Of a stretch of 52,053 nt of DNA, positions 18,808-28,569 are shown one piece after another. The notes under the pieces were generated by a model. The model saw nothing but the letters and a program-made list of their open reading frames with translations. It searched no databases and was not told the origin of the DNA. Position 1 is the first letter of the stretch. Each line of letters begins with the position of its first letter. Made by a program: the position numbers and the translations under genes. This DNA is from Polyangiales bacterium (GTDB lineage Bacteria > Myxococcota_A > Polyangia > Polyangiales > Polyangiaceae). The stretch lies in assembly GCA_038231275.1 (NCBI GenBank), contig JBBRLQ010000045.1:1-52053 (forward strand), in the 5' to 3' direction.

Positions 18808-19548
18808 CTAGGGCGTATTGCCCTTGCGGAAGACGGCGACGTAGAAGCCGCCGAAGAACGACGCGGGCGTGTCGGCCAGGAGGTGCTCGACGCGGCGCAG
18901 CACGGTGCGGACGCCGGGAACGCGCATGGCGGCGGCGGCGGGAGTGACGATGCGGACGCCGCGCGCGGCTTCGAGGCGCGTACCCTTCGGCGCGAGGCGG
19001 CGGACCTCCCACGGCGCGTCGAAGCGGGTGAAAACGTCGCTCTCGCGCTTCGCGTCGCTGATCTTGCCAGCGGGGCCGATGCGCTTGGCGAGCGCGCGGA
19101 AGCTGAGCGGGTTGTAGAACTCCGCGAGGACGACGCCGCCAGGGCGCGTGACGCGGGCCATCTCGGCGAGCGCGCGCTCGATCTCGGGCACGTGCGCGAG
19201 CACCTTGAAGCTGCACGTGACGTCGAACGTCGCGTCCTCGAAGGGGAGGCTCGTCACGCTGCCCTCGCGCACGTCGAGGCCTCGCGCTCTTGCGCGATCG
19301 AGCATGCCCGGCGACAGATCGATCCCCTTTGCGGTTCGCGCGAACTCGCGCACGCGCTCGAGAATGAGCCCCGTCCCGCACCCGCACTCGAGGACGTCGC
19401 GCCCGTCGCCGTAGCGATGGACGAGCTCGATCTCGAGATCGTCGATGAGCGCGTGGTATCCGCCGCCGTCGTTGGGGCGGCGCTTGTCCTCGTAGCGCTT
19501 CGCGAAGTCGTCGTAGTACGCGCGCGTCTTGTCGAGCTCGGGATCCAT
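18808..19548 (-). CDS. class I SAM-dependent methyltransferase
   Basis: VLECGCGTG, GIDLSPGML, LPFEDATFD, EMARVTRPGG. Alternative start 19641 (ATGA overlap). Confidence 0.92.
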   Translation of the reverse strand: MDPELDKTRAYYDDFAKRYEDKRRPNDGGGYHALIDDLEIELVHRYGDGRDVLECGCGTGLILERVREFARTAKGIDLSPGMLDRARARGLDVREGSVTSLPFEDATFDVTCSFKVLAHVPEIERALAEMARVTRPGGVVLAEFYNPLSFRALAKRIGPAGKISDAKRESDVFTRFDAPWEVRRLAPKGTRLEAARGVRIVTPAAAAMRVPGVRTVLRRVEHLLADTPASFFGGFYVAVFRKGNTP

Positions 19549-19637
19549 CGCCCCCACCCGTTTAGCACGTACCTGGTACGCCAGCCCCGCGAAGGTGCCG
19601 GGCGATTGCTCCGAGCGCGGTCCGGAGACGCCGAGCT

Positions 19638-20753
19638 TCATGGCGGGCACGCGAGCGTCTGCGACGCGAGGTTCGGGCCGTCGACGTAGCGAACGAGCAG
19701 CGCGCGCGCGGCGCTCGGATCTGGCTCGATCCCGACCCACGCGGCGGCGATGCCGTCGGAGACGAGGCCGAGCGAGTGAAAGGCGCCGTCGTCCTGAATC
19801 TTGCCGAGCTCGATCCCGCGCGGCGCGTTCAGACCAGCGGCCCGTGGAACGACGCGCGCGAGGTGGATGGGCGTCGTGCCGCGCGTCGCCGCGATCGGCG
19901 CGGGATCGAGGCCGTACGGATACATCGACCACGTGACCTTCGCGTCCTCATGCGGCGGATCGTCGATCTGGACAATCGCCGCTCCGAACGACATCAAATC
20001 CCGCGCGATCGGCAGCACGTAGTACGCCGCGCGCTCGCTCGTCGCGAGGACGCCGGCGACGTTGGGATCGGGCGCGCCGCCGATGAAAACCACGGTGTCC
20101 TTGCCGAGCGCCGCCTTGCCGTCCTTCTCTTCCACCACGCGCGCGTGCACGGGCACCATCACCGAGCGCGCGTCGATGTAGGCGATGATCGCGGACTTGT
20201 CGCGCGGCGCGACGTCGACCGACGTAGCACCGGCGCCGTCCTCCGAGACACGCACGGGCGCCTGCCCATCGATCGACGCGAACGCCTGAAGCATCACGCC
20301 TTCGCTCGTCTTGTGATCGGCGAGGAAGACGACGATCTCGTGATCGCCGAACGAGGTCGCCGCGATCTTGGTGCCTGGACGCGCGCGTGCGAGCGGCTTT
20401 CCTGCCGCGTCGCCCTTCGCCGCAGCTTCGAGCGTGCCGTCGTCACGGAGGGAGTACGTACGCTTCGCCGTCTGCGCGGTGACGCCTGGCCGGAACGTGC
20501 CGCGCGGCTCGCTCGTGCCCTTCGAGGGAACGCACGTGGATTTCCCGGCGTCCCACGCGATCGGCGCCGGAGGGGGCGGCTGCGGTGGACGCGCCGACGG
20601 TTGCGGCGACGAGAACGTCGCGAGGGGCGTCGGCGACGACGGACGCGGGCTCGACGTGGGCGTCGGCATCGCGACGGTGTCCGGCTTGTCCTTGCAGGCG
20701 ACCGTCGCCAGGAGCGCGGAGGCGGTGAGGACGATGGGGAAGGCGCGCCGCAT
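19638..20753 (-). CDS. hypothetical lipoprotein with Pro-rich linker
   Basis: MRRAFPIVLTASALLATVA-C; Pro/Ser linker, then beta-rich region. Confidence 0.75.
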   Translation of the reverse strand: MRRAFPIVLTASALLATVACKDKPDTVAMPTPTSSPRPSSPTPLATFSSPQPSARPPQPPPPAPIAWDAGKSTCVPSKGTSEPRGTFRPGVTAQTAKRTYSLRDDGTLEAAAKGDAAGKPLARARPGTKIAATSFGDHEIVVFLADHKTSEGVMLQAFASIDGQAPVRVSEDGAGATSVDVAPRDKSAIIAYIDARSVMVPVHARVVEEKDGKAALGKDTVVFIGGAPDPNVAGVLATSERAAYYVLPIARDLMSFGAAIVQIDDPPHEDAKVTWSMYPYGLDPAPIAATRGTTPIHLARVVPRAAGLNAPRGIELGKIQDDGAFHSLGLVSDGIAAAWVGIEPDPSAARALLVRYVDGPNLASQTLACPP

Positions 20754-20805
20754 CTGTCCGAGGATCGCCCATGCGCGGTCCCTTGTCACCGGGCAGCGCT
20801 CGAGC

Positions 20806-22401
20806 TCAACCTCTCGATTCGCCGACCCGCGTGGCCCACGCGATGGGGCGCGCGACCTGGGAGGTGACCCAGTCGCTGGCGATCCGCGATCGGCTCTCGC
20901 GTTGGGGTCGCAGGTCTCGGCCGAGATCAGCGAGGATCTGGTCGGCGCACTCCATCGCGCTGGCGGCCGCGAGCTCGGTGCCTACACCGCGTCCTCCGGC
21001 GCCGCAGCCGGCGATGTAGAGGCCGCGGACCGGCGTGTGGACAGGCGGACGGCGCGCGCCGACCTGCGAAGGCGTCTGGCCCGTCGACACCGCGGGGCCG
21101 AACTCTTTGCCGATCCATTTTTCGATGAAGTCGACGCCGAAGCGATCGACGAAGATCGTGTTCTCGTCGAGCCCCGGGATCACGCGGCGCATCGTGCGGA
21201 GCATTGCCTCCTCCCATGCGGGGCCAGGATCCTTCAGCGCGATGTCGCTCGTCGGCGCGACCGCGCAGACGGTGAGGAGCTGATGCCCCGGCGGCGCGAG
21301 ATCGGGATCGAAGTTGGACGGTACGGGACAATAGAAAGGAACGAGCGGCGGGATCTCGCCGTGCGCGACGCGCTCGAACATCGCGCGCAGATCGCCGTGC
21401 GAGACGGTCCGCAGATCGACGTCGTCCCCCACGCCGCCGACGATCGCCCCCGCGTCGACGAGGCGCTTGCGGAGGCCTATTTTTGCCTGAACCGCGATGA
21501 ACGAGCCTTGGATCGCGAGGGCGCGTGCGACGTACGCGTCGGGAAACGCGGCGGCGCCGACGAGCGTGGTCACGGTGGTGCGGACGCTCGACGTGCTCAC
21601 GACGATCGACGCGGGAAGGAACGTTCCGTCCGAGAGCTCGACGCCTTGCACCTTTCCCCTCGCCTCCCCTTCCGTCCCGACGACGATGCGGCGAACGCCC
21701 GCGTCGGTGCGAACCTCGGCGCCGCGTGCCTTCGCAAGGCGAACGAACGCTCCAGGGATCGCGATGGATCCGCCCTTCGGATAGGAGAGGTGGTTGTCCC
21801 GCGCCATCCGCCGGAAGCAGAGGAGCGCCTCCCCCGCCGACACCTGCCAGTACGGCAGGATGAAATAGAGGCCGAGCAAGAAGCCGAAGACACCGACCGT
21901 CGGAGGATGGTCGACGTACGGCGTGATGAACTCCTCGAGGGTGCGATCGTCCCACCGCGCGACCTCCTCGTCGCTCATCGTCAGGATGTGCGTGAAGAGC
22001 CTTCCCGCGCGCGCCGCGTCGCGAGGCGAGAGGTGAAGCTCGCGGGCGAGCTCGAGCGCGAAGCGCGGCATGCGCCAGAGCTCGGCGGGGATACGAACCG
22101 CTCGTGGGGTCTCGCCGCGCGCCGGAAACCGAATCTCCGCGATGTCGCGCGTACGGCGAAAGCGGATGGCGCCATCCTCGCCGACGCGGCGGAGCACGTC
22201 CCCCAAAGGTCCCTTCGGACCGCGGCAGAACATGTGCGTCCCGATGTCGATCTTGAAACCCTGCTTCTCGTAGCCGGAGCACGAGCCGCCGATCCGCCTA
22301 TTTTTCTCGAGCAGCGTGGTGGGGACGCCGGCGTCGGCGAGGAGCAGCGTCAGCGCCGAGCCTCCGATGCCCGAGCCGATCACGATCGCCCTCGCGCTCA
22401 C
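20806..22401 (-). CDS. phytoene desaturase (CrtI)-family FAD-dependent oxidoreductase
   Basis: IVIGSGIGG...LEKN..IGG, F.ID.GTH, YPKGGS, PS.FDPDLAPPG, TPVRGLYIAG. Confidence 0.88.
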   Translation of the reverse strand: MSARAIVIGSGIGGSALTLLLADAGVPTTLLEKNRRIGGSCSGYEKQGFKIDIGTHMFCRGPKGPLGDVLRRVGEDGAIRFRRTRDIAEIRFPARGETPRAVRIPAELWRMPRFALELARELHLSPRDAARAGRLFTHILTMSDEEVARWDDRTLEEFITPYVDHPPTVGVFGFLLGLYFILPYWQVSAGEALLCFRRMARDNHLSYPKGGSIAIPGAFVRLAKARGAEVRTDAGVRRIVVGTEGEARGKVQGVELSDGTFLPASIVVSTSSVRTTVTTLVGAAAFPDAYVARALAIQGSFIAVQAKIGLRKRLVDAGAIVGGVGDDVDLRTVSHGDLRAMFERVAHGEIPPLVPFYCPVPSNFDPDLAPPGHQLLTVCAVAPTSDIALKDPGPAWEEAMLRTMRRVIPGLDENTIFVDRFGVDFIEKWIGKEFGPAVSTGQTPSQVGARRPPVHTPVRGLYIAGCGAGGRGVGTELAAASAMECADQILADLGRDLRPQRESRSRIASDWVTSQVARPIAWATRVGESRG

Positions 22402-22411
22402 GTCTCCGCTC

Positions 22412-23401
22412 TCACGCGGCCAACAGATCGCGCAGCGCGCGCGGCGAGCGGATCGCCTCCTCGCACGCCTGCACGAACCGGCGTAGCTCGACGTGACCGG
22501 TGGCGTCGGTCGACTGCTCGAGCGTCCTTATCACCCGCGGGGTCCCGCGGCGCACGATGCCCACGATCGTGTCGCGCAGCGCGTGCTCGGGGAATGGCGG
22601 CAACGCGCCCGTCACGTCCTCGTAGTGTTGGTACATCGCGTCCATGACCTTCGACAGATCGATGTCGAGCACTTTGAGCGGTCCGACCAGATCGTACGCC
22701 GCGCACGCGAGGATGATCGTGGTCGCGACGTTCTTGGCGAGGATCTGCGCGCGCCTCGCCTTGAACTCCGGGTAGACCTCCGGAAAGAAGCGCTGCCCGG
22801 CGCCGATGTGGCGCGACTCGTCTTTGCCGATCAAGGCGAGGATCTTGCGGACGTTCTCGTCCTTGGCGACGTGGTTGATCTTGTGGAGGATCTGGTTCGC
22901 CAGGTGCTCGCCGATGATGTTGATGTTCCCCATCATGAAGGCGACGTCGTCGCGATCGACGACACCGAACGAATAGAGGAGGCGGACCCACGGCGTCGGC
23001 GGCTCCATCGGGCGCCCCGTGATCTTGGGGATGAGGCGGCGGAGCGCGTCGTAGTGCTTCGCCTCCTCGAGCGCTTGCTCGACGAAATAGAACTTCGCCT
23101 CTTCGCTCTTCACGAGCGTCGAGACGTAGCTCGCGCCGGTGACCGCGGCCTTTTCCCCCGGGCAGAGGAACGAGAGCATCGCCGCGATCGGCTCCTTGTA
23201 TTTCGGATCCTCACGCACCGGCTCGTCCCACGCGATGGCGGTCGGCACCGCCCAGAACGATTTCTGACCGAGCTCGAAGATTTCCCACCCCTTCTTGTTG
23301 GGGTGCTCGCCGCTCGTGTCGAAGATCCCTCCGCCGAGCAGGACGCTGCGCCAGGAGAACGTGGCGGTGTCGCGCTCGACGCCTACCGGGCGTCGCTTCA
23401 T
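22412..23401 (-). CDS. ferritin-like diiron-carboxylate protein (R2/AurF/desaturase-like)
   Basis: Ligand pattern PGE...EEAKH...IGE...DESRH. Confidence 0.8.
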   Translation of the reverse strand: MKRRPVGVERDTATFSWRSVLLGGGIFDTSGEHPNKKGWEIFELGQKSFWAVPTAIAWDEPVREDPKYKEPIAAMLSFLCPGEKAAVTGASYVSTLVKSEEAKFYFVEQALEEAKHYDALRRLIPKITGRPMEPPTPWVRLLYSFGVVDRDDVAFMMGNINIIGEHLANQILHKINHVAKDENVRKILALIGKDESRHIGAGQRFFPEVYPEFKARRAQILAKNVATTIILACAAYDLVGPLKVLDIDLSKVMDAMYQHYEDVTGALPPFPEHALRDTIVGIVRRGTPRVIRTLEQSTDATGHVELRRFVQACEEAIRSPRALRDLLAA

Positions 23402-23440
23402 CCGTGAAGCATGCGCGACGCTCGAGCGTTGCGCACGAGG

Positions 23441-24691
23441 TTAGGTGGTTCGGTGTGGGTGTCCGGCGAGCCAGCGTCGCTTGGACTTCACGTGACGAAG
23501 GACGAACGCCGAGGGGGCGAGCGCGCCGAGATCGCCGTCGATCGCGAAGAGGCCCGGCGATGCGCCGTGGGCGATTCGTCCCTTGCCGGCGACGCCGAGC
23601 GCACGCGCGCCGTTCCACGTCGCCATCGCAAGCAGCTCGGAGGGCGGCACGTCGGGGAAACGATCGGCGAGCGCGCGGGCTTCGGCGAGGACGTCGAGCG
23701 ACGCGTTCGACGCGAGCGAGTCGGTGCCGAGCGCAGGCGCGATGCCGGCGGCGCGAACCGCGAGGAGCGGCGGGAGACGCGCGTCGATGAAGAGGTTCGA
23801 GCGCGGGCACAGCACCACCTGTGCGCCGCTCGCGGCGATCGTGTCGAGCTCCTCCGGTCGCGCGTCGGCGACGTGGACGAGGAGCACGTGGGGCGCGAGG
23901 ACGCCCAGCTGCCCGGCGAGCGCGACCGGCCCGATGCGCGGCCACGACTGATCCTCCACAGGAACGCGAATGCGCGCGGCGAGCCAGGCGGGAATGGGCC
24001 CGTCGCCGTGCTCGAGCGCGCGACGCTCGGCGGCGTGCTCGGCGAGGTGCACGCTCGTCCTCCTCCCGTGCGCCCTCGCGTGCTCGACGATGGCACGAAC
24101 CGCGTCGACGTGGGTGGTGTAGAGCGTGTGCACCGCGAGCGCGTAGGCGAGGCCACTGGTGCCGGGAGACGACCAGCGACCGATTTTTTCATCGACGTCG
24201 GCGAGGAGCGCGGACATGCGGCGCATGACGCCCTCGCGCGCGACGCCGAACACCTCGTGAAAAATGCTGCCGACGAGGCCCGCGCGCGCGAGTGCGCCGG
24301 CAGCGGCGAGCGAGTTGGTCACCTCGCCGACCGCGACGGTCCCAGCGTCGACGAGCTCGACGACCGCGCGATCGATCGCGGCGTGATCCTCCTCGGGCGC
24401 CGCTTCGACGCGCGCGCCGATGAGGCGCTCGACCCACGGGACGAACCCCGCGCCGCCCGGCACCTGCCCGCGCAGCGCGCTCAGCTCGACGTGCGTGTGC
24501 GCGTTGACGAGCCCCGGCACGACGACGCCACGGACGCGCTCGACGGGAGCCCCCGCGTGCCGCGGCAAGAGCTCGGCCGCAGCGCCGACGTCGAGGATCT
24601 CCCCCTCCGGTGTGAGCACGACCGCGGCGTCGCGCACGTCGGGGCCGTCGCCGACGACGACTCCATCGGCCCAGAGGACGCGCGCCGCCAC
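23441..24691 (-). CDS. metal-dependent amidohydrolase (nucleoside deaminase-like)
   Basis: PGLVNAHTH, HTLYT, HLAEH, LCPRSN, LGTDSLASN, ATWNGARALG. Confidence 0.9.
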   Translation of the reverse strand: MAARVLWADGVVVGDGPDVRDAAVVLTPEGEILDVGAAAELLPRHAGAPVERVRGVVVPGLVNAHTHVELSALRGQVPGGAGFVPWVERLIGARVEAAPEEDHAAIDRAVVELVDAGTVAVGEVTNSLAAAGALARAGLVGSIFHEVFGVAREGVMRRMSALLADVDEKIGRWSSPGTSGLAYALAVHTLYTTHVDAVRAIVEHARAHGRRTSVHLAEHAAERRALEHGDGPIPAWLAARIRVPVEDQSWPRIGPVALAGQLGVLAPHVLLVHVADARPEELDTIAASGAQVVLCPRSNLFIDARLPPLLAVRAAGIAPALGTDSLASNASLDVLAEARALADRFPDVPPSELLAMATWNGARALGVAGKGRIAHGASPGLFAIDGDLGALAPSAFVLRHVKSKRRWLAGHPHRTT

Positions 24692-24711
24692 GAGGATTAC
24701 ATTACTCCCAC
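24692..24711. promoter_or_regulatory. 20-bp divergent spacer with overlapping -10-like hexamers
   Basis: TACATT lies 8 nt before ATG 24712 (+); TAATGT lies 7 nt before GTG 24691 (-); no SD on either strand. Confidence 0.5.
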
Positions 24712-25212
24712 ATGAAGCCCGGCGAGCACCCCGAGTTCTTCCGGTTCCCGGCGCCCGAGGGGCGCTCGCGCGAGAGCACCATCCGCCTCGACGCGGAGGG
24801 TCACTTCCACCACGAAGGCGCGCCGGTCGAGCACCCGAAGCTCACCGCGGCGATGCACGGCTGGATCGCGCGCCACCCCGACGACGGCCGCCTCATCCTG
24901 ACGAACGGCTATGATTGGACGTATTTCATCGTCGACGATGCGCCGTATTTCGTGCGGGCCGTGCGCGCCGAGCCGACCGCCGTGACGCTTCTCCTCAGCG
25001 ATGGCACCGAAGAGGTCTGGGATCCGCGCGACACGGAGACCTCCGAGGCCGGCGCCCTCTACACGAACGTGAAGCGAGGCGCCAAGGGCGGGCCCTTCCG
25101 CGCAAAGTTCACCCGGCACGCGCAGGCCTCGCTCGCGCCGGTGCTCGTCGACGACGGCGGAGCGCCTGCCGTGAAGATTGGCGCCGGCATCGTGCGGATC
25201 GGCGGAGCCTGA
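24712..25212 (+). CDS. conserved hypothetical protein, DUF1285-like
   Basis: IRLDAEG.F.HEG.PVEHP...FIVDDAPYFV...A.FTR pattern. Confidence 0.7.
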   Translation: MKPGEHPEFFRFPAPEGRSRESTIRLDAEGHFHHEGAPVEHPKLTAAMHGWIARHPDDGRLILTNGYDWTYFIVDDAPYFVRAVRAEPTAVTLLLSDGTEEVWDPRDTETSEAGALYTNVKRGAKGGPFRAKFTRHAQASLAPVLVDDGGAPAVKIGAGIVRIGGA

Positions 25213-25226
25213 TAGGCTCCCGCTGC

Positions 25227-26327
25227 GTGGCGGAGATCCCCAAAATCGGAGACACGCTGCTCGGCAAATACCGGCTCGACGGCGTCGTTGGAGAGGGCGG
25301 GATGGCCATCGTCTACCGCGCCATCGACGACGGCGGGCGCGCGGTCGCCGTGAAGGTGCTGCGCCCGCAGATGCTCGAGCTCCCCGACATCGCCGCCCGC
25401 TTCGATCGCGAGACGCGCGCGGTCAGTCGTCTCGAGGGGCCGCACGTCGCACGCGTCTTCGACGTCGCGACGACCGACTCCGGCATGCCGTGCATCGTCA
25501 TGGAGCTGCTCGACGGTCACGATCTCGCCGAAGAGCTCGATCTCCGCGGTCCCCTCCCGATCGACGAGGCCGTCGACTACGTGCGGCAGGCCTGCACGGC
25601 GATGGCCGAGGCGCACGCGATCGGCATCGTCCACCGCGATCTCAAGCCGTCGAACCTCTATTTGTGCGATCAGGGCGGGACGCGCACCGTGAAGGTCCTC
25701 GATTTCGGCATCTCGAAGGTGCTCGGCAAGGAGGACGATGGGCGCATGACGCTCGCCGACACGTCGATCGGGACGCCGCTGTACATGTCGCCGGAGCAGC
25801 TTCGCTCGTCGCGGGACGTCGATCACCTGACCGACGTCTGGTCGCTCGGGGTCATCCTCTACGAGCTCCTCGCCGGGCGTCCGCCGTTCGCCGGGAGCGC
25901 GACGGCCGCGACCGCGATGATCGTGGCGCAGGATCCCGAGCCGGTGTGCGCGCTTCGTCCCGACGTTCCGGCGGAGCTCGACGCGGTGCTCGGAAAGGCG
26001 CTAGCCAAGCGCGCGGCCGATCGGTACGCCGACACGAGCGCGTTCGCCGCCGCGCTCTTGCCGTTCACGTCCGCGACGCCGATCGCGGGGGCGCGTCTCG
26101 AGCAGATCGCGCGCGAGGCAGCGTCGAACCGCGAGCTCCGGCTCGCCCCCTCGACGACGACCTCCCCGACTCTCATCCGGCCGAAGCGCGCGGTGGTCGC
26201 GGCGATCGCGGCGGCGGCGGCGACGAAGCCCGCGTCCGCGGCCCAACCTGGCCTGGTCTGGCTGCTGATGGGCCTAATCATTGGGCTCCCATTTGCCGCT
26301 GCTATCGCGTACTTCGCGCTCCGTTGA
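25227..26327 (+). CDS. Ser/Thr protein kinase with C-terminal TM helix
   Basis: GEGGMA, VAVK, HRDLKPSN, DFG, GTPLYMSPE, DVWSLG; GTG start. Confidence 0.93.
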   Translation: MAEIPKIGDTLLGKYRLDGVVGEGGMAIVYRAIDDGGRAVAVKVLRPQMLELPDIAARFDRETRAVSRLEGPHVARVFDVATTDSGMPCIVMELLDGHDLAEELDLRGPLPIDEAVDYVRQACTAMAEAHAIGIVHRDLKPSNLYLCDQGGTRTVKVLDFGISKVLGKEDDGRMTLADTSIGTPLYMSPEQLRSSRDVDHLTDVWSLGVILYELLAGRPPFAGSATAATAMIVAQDPEPVCALRPDVPAELDAVLGKALAKRAADRYADTSAFAAALLPFTSATPIAGARLEQIAREAASNRELRLAPSTTTSPTLIRPKRAVVAAIAAAAATKPASAAQPGLVWLLMGLIIGLPFAAAIAYFALR

Positions 26328-26355
26328 GATCGCGTTTGGGATAGCATTCGACGCG

Positions 26356-27576
26356 ATGCGTCTATTGATTGCCGACAAGCTGCACCCGCGCGCCGTCGAG
26401 GAGCTGCGGTCGCTCCCCGTCGAGGTCGTCTACGAGCCGGAGCTCACGAAGGAGTCTCTCGCCGCGAAGCTTCAAGGTGTCGGCATCCTCGTCGTTCGCT
26501 CCACCGAGGTGACGAAGGAGGCGATCGAGAACGCGCGCGAGCTTCACCTCATCGTGCGCGCCGGCGCCGAGTACACGACCATCGACGTGCGCGCCGCCAG
26601 CAAGCGGGGCGTCTACGTCGCCAACTGCCCGGGCAAGAACGCGGCGGCGGTCGCCGAGCTGGTCTTCGGAATGCTCATCGCGATCGATCGACGGATCCCC
26701 GACGCGGTGATGTCGCTCCGCGGCGGCAAATGGGAGCGCGCCGAGTACGGAAAAGCCGAAGGCCTCTACGGCAAGACGATGGGCATCGCGGGACTCGGCG
26801 CCATCGGCCGCGAGGTCGCGGTGCGCGCGCGGGCGTTCGGTCTCCACGTCGCTGCGTGGAGCCGCGGCCTCACCCCCGCGAAGGCGGCCGACCTCGGCGT
26901 CGTCTACGCGGCGTCGATCGACGAGCTCGCGAGCAAGAGCGACATCCTGACGGTGCACCTGCCGATCACGGAGCGCACGCGCCACATCGTCAACAAGCGC
27001 GTCCTCGACCTCTTGCCCAAGCGCGCCATCCTCCTCAACGCCGCGCGCGCTGATCTCGTCGACTACGTCGCGCTCGAAGAGGCGGTGAAGACGCGAGGCC
27101 TCCGCGCCGGCGTCGACGTGTACCCCGACGAGCCGAAGGGCAAGCGTGAGTATGCGTCGAACCTCTTCGCCCCCGCGACGGCGTCCAGCGGCTTCATCTA
27201 CGGCACGCCGCACATGGCCGCATCGACCGATCAGGCGCAGCTCGCCATCGCGTCGGAGACCGTGCGCGTCATCCGCTCGTTCCTCCTGAAAGGCGACGTC
27301 CCCAACGTCGTCAACGTCTCCTCCGCGTCGAGCGCGCGCTTCCAGATCGTCATTCGCATGGTCGACAAGGTCGGCACGTTCGCCAACGTCTTGTCGGTCA
27401 TCAAGCGCCATGGCATCAACGTCGAAGAGGTCACGAACACGGTCTTCGAAGGGGGGGTCGCCTCCTGCGCGAAGCTCCGTGTCGTGTCGCGGCCGAGCGA
27501 GGCGTGTCTCCAGGAGATCCGCGCCTTCGACGAGGTCTTGCACGTCGACGTGGTGCCGCTCCCGAACCTGGCGTAA
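26356..27576 (+). CDS. serA: D-3-phosphoglycerate dehydrogenase-like 2-hydroxyacid dehydrogenase with ACT domain
   Basis: VVRST, RAGA...ID, N.PGKNAAAVAE, GLGAIG, NAAR, DVYPDEP, TPHMAAST; C-terminal ACT. Confidence 0.75.
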   Translation: MRLLIADKLHPRAVEELRSLPVEVVYEPELTKESLAAKLQGVGILVVRSTEVTKEAIENARELHLIVRAGAEYTTIDVRAASKRGVYVANCPGKNAAAVAELVFGMLIAIDRRIPDAVMSLRGGKWERAEYGKAEGLYGKTMGIAGLGAIGREVAVRARAFGLHVAAWSRGLTPAKAADLGVVYAASIDELASKSDILTVHLPITERTRHIVNKRVLDLLPKRAILLNAARADLVDYVALEEAVKTRGLRAGVDVYPDEPKGKREYASNLFAPATASSGFIYGTPHMAASTDQAQLAIASETVRVIRSFLLKGDVPNVVNVSSASSARFQIVIRMVDKVGTFANVLSVIKRHGINVEEVTNTVFEGGVASCAKLRVVSRPSEACLQEIRAFDEVLHVDVVPLPNLA

Positions 27577-27585
27577 TCGATCCCC

Positions 27586-28155
27586 GTGCGCGCCCGCGCC
27601 GCGATCTTCGCTCTCTTCGTCGCGGGCTGCCCCGCGTCGCCTGCCTCCATCGACGCCGGCTCACGCGACGGCGGAAAAGAAGCCGGCTCCGACGCGTCCG
27701 CCTCCCTCGCCGCCGACGCGGGCTCCCCCGACGAAATCCTCCCGCCATCTTCGTCCGAGGAGATGACCGCGCGCGCCCGCCACCTCCTCGAGGCGATCGC
27801 GCACGACAGCCCCGAGCTCGCGACCGACATCGTCTTCCCTCGCGACGCCTACCTCACCACCCGCGACAGCTCCGATCCCGGCAAAGCCTGGGACGCCAAA
27901 GTCACTGGCGTCTTCCAGCGCAACGTCCACGCCTTCCACAAGCGCACCCGCGGAGTCGAAAAAGCCCAGTTCGTGTCCTTCGAGCTAGGCCACAGCGTCC
28001 AGCAAGCCCCCCCCAAAAAACGCGAATGGAAAAAGCCCCTCTGGCGCGTCAAACGTTCGCGCATCACCTACACCATCGACGGCCGCACCCAACGCGTAGA
28101 AATCGCCGAAATGATCGGCTACCGCGGCGCCTGGTACGTGACCAAGCTCCGGTGA
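27586..28155 (+). CDS. hypothetical lipoprotein
   Basis: VAG-C lipobox; DAG-rich linker; open frame to TGA 28155. Confidence 0.75.
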   Translation: MRARAAIFALFVAGCPASPASIDAGSRDGGKEAGSDASASLAADAGSPDEILPPSSSEEMTARARHLLEAIAHDSPELATDIVFPRDAYLTTRDSSDPGKAWDAKVTGVFQRNVHAFHKRTRGVEKAQFVSFELGHSVQQAPPKKREWKKPLWRVKRSRITYTIDGRTQRVEIAEMIGYRGAWYVTKLR

Positions 28156-28180
28156 ATTTCGATTCACCGGATCGCGCGCG

Positions 28181-28549
28181 CTACGTCTTCTTCTTCTCGC
28201 GTCGAACCTCGTCGAGCAAAATTTCGATGCGGTCGACGCGCTCCTGCCCTGCGTCGTAATAGAAGCGCAGATCGGGCGCGAACTTGAGGCCCAGGCGGTT
28301 CCCCGCTTCGCGCCGCAGCATTCCCGCGGCGCGCTCGAGACCGACCAGCGCCTCCTTGCGGCGCGCCTCGTCTCCGCCCTCGAGCAGCCGCACGTACACC
28401 CGCGCGCCGCGCAGATCGTCCGGCATCTCCACGCGGGAAACCAGCACGCCGACGAGCCGCGGATCCCGCACGTCCGTCGTCAGGATCGCGGCGAGCTCCT
28501 CTTTGAGCCTCGCCGCCACCCGGACCGATCGCTTTACTTCCGCAGGCAT
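28181..28549 (-). CDS. rbfA: ribosome-binding factor A
   Basis: R..RVA..LKEELA...VRDPRL...DLRGARVY...PDLRFYYD; follows infB. Confidence 0.95.
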   Translation of the reverse strand: MPAEVKRSVRVAARLKEELAAILTTDVRDPRLVGVLVSRVEMPDDLRGARVYVRLLEGGDEARRKEALVGLERAAGMLRREAGNRLGLKFAPDLRFYYDAGQERVDRIEILLDEVRREKKKT

Positions 28550-28569
28550 CGTCGTCTAGCCGCGCAGCC

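Noticed and set aside
15727..19387. Long overlapping N-terminal extensions of ORFs 14746..16881, 15723..18251 and 16964..19387
   Set aside because: Each overlaps the upstream gene in another frame; the true starts are at 4-nt stop/start overlaps.
20806..22401. Calling the CrtI-like gene a carotenoid cluster
   Set aside because: No crtB, crtE or cyclase in the window; the family has many non-carotenoid members.
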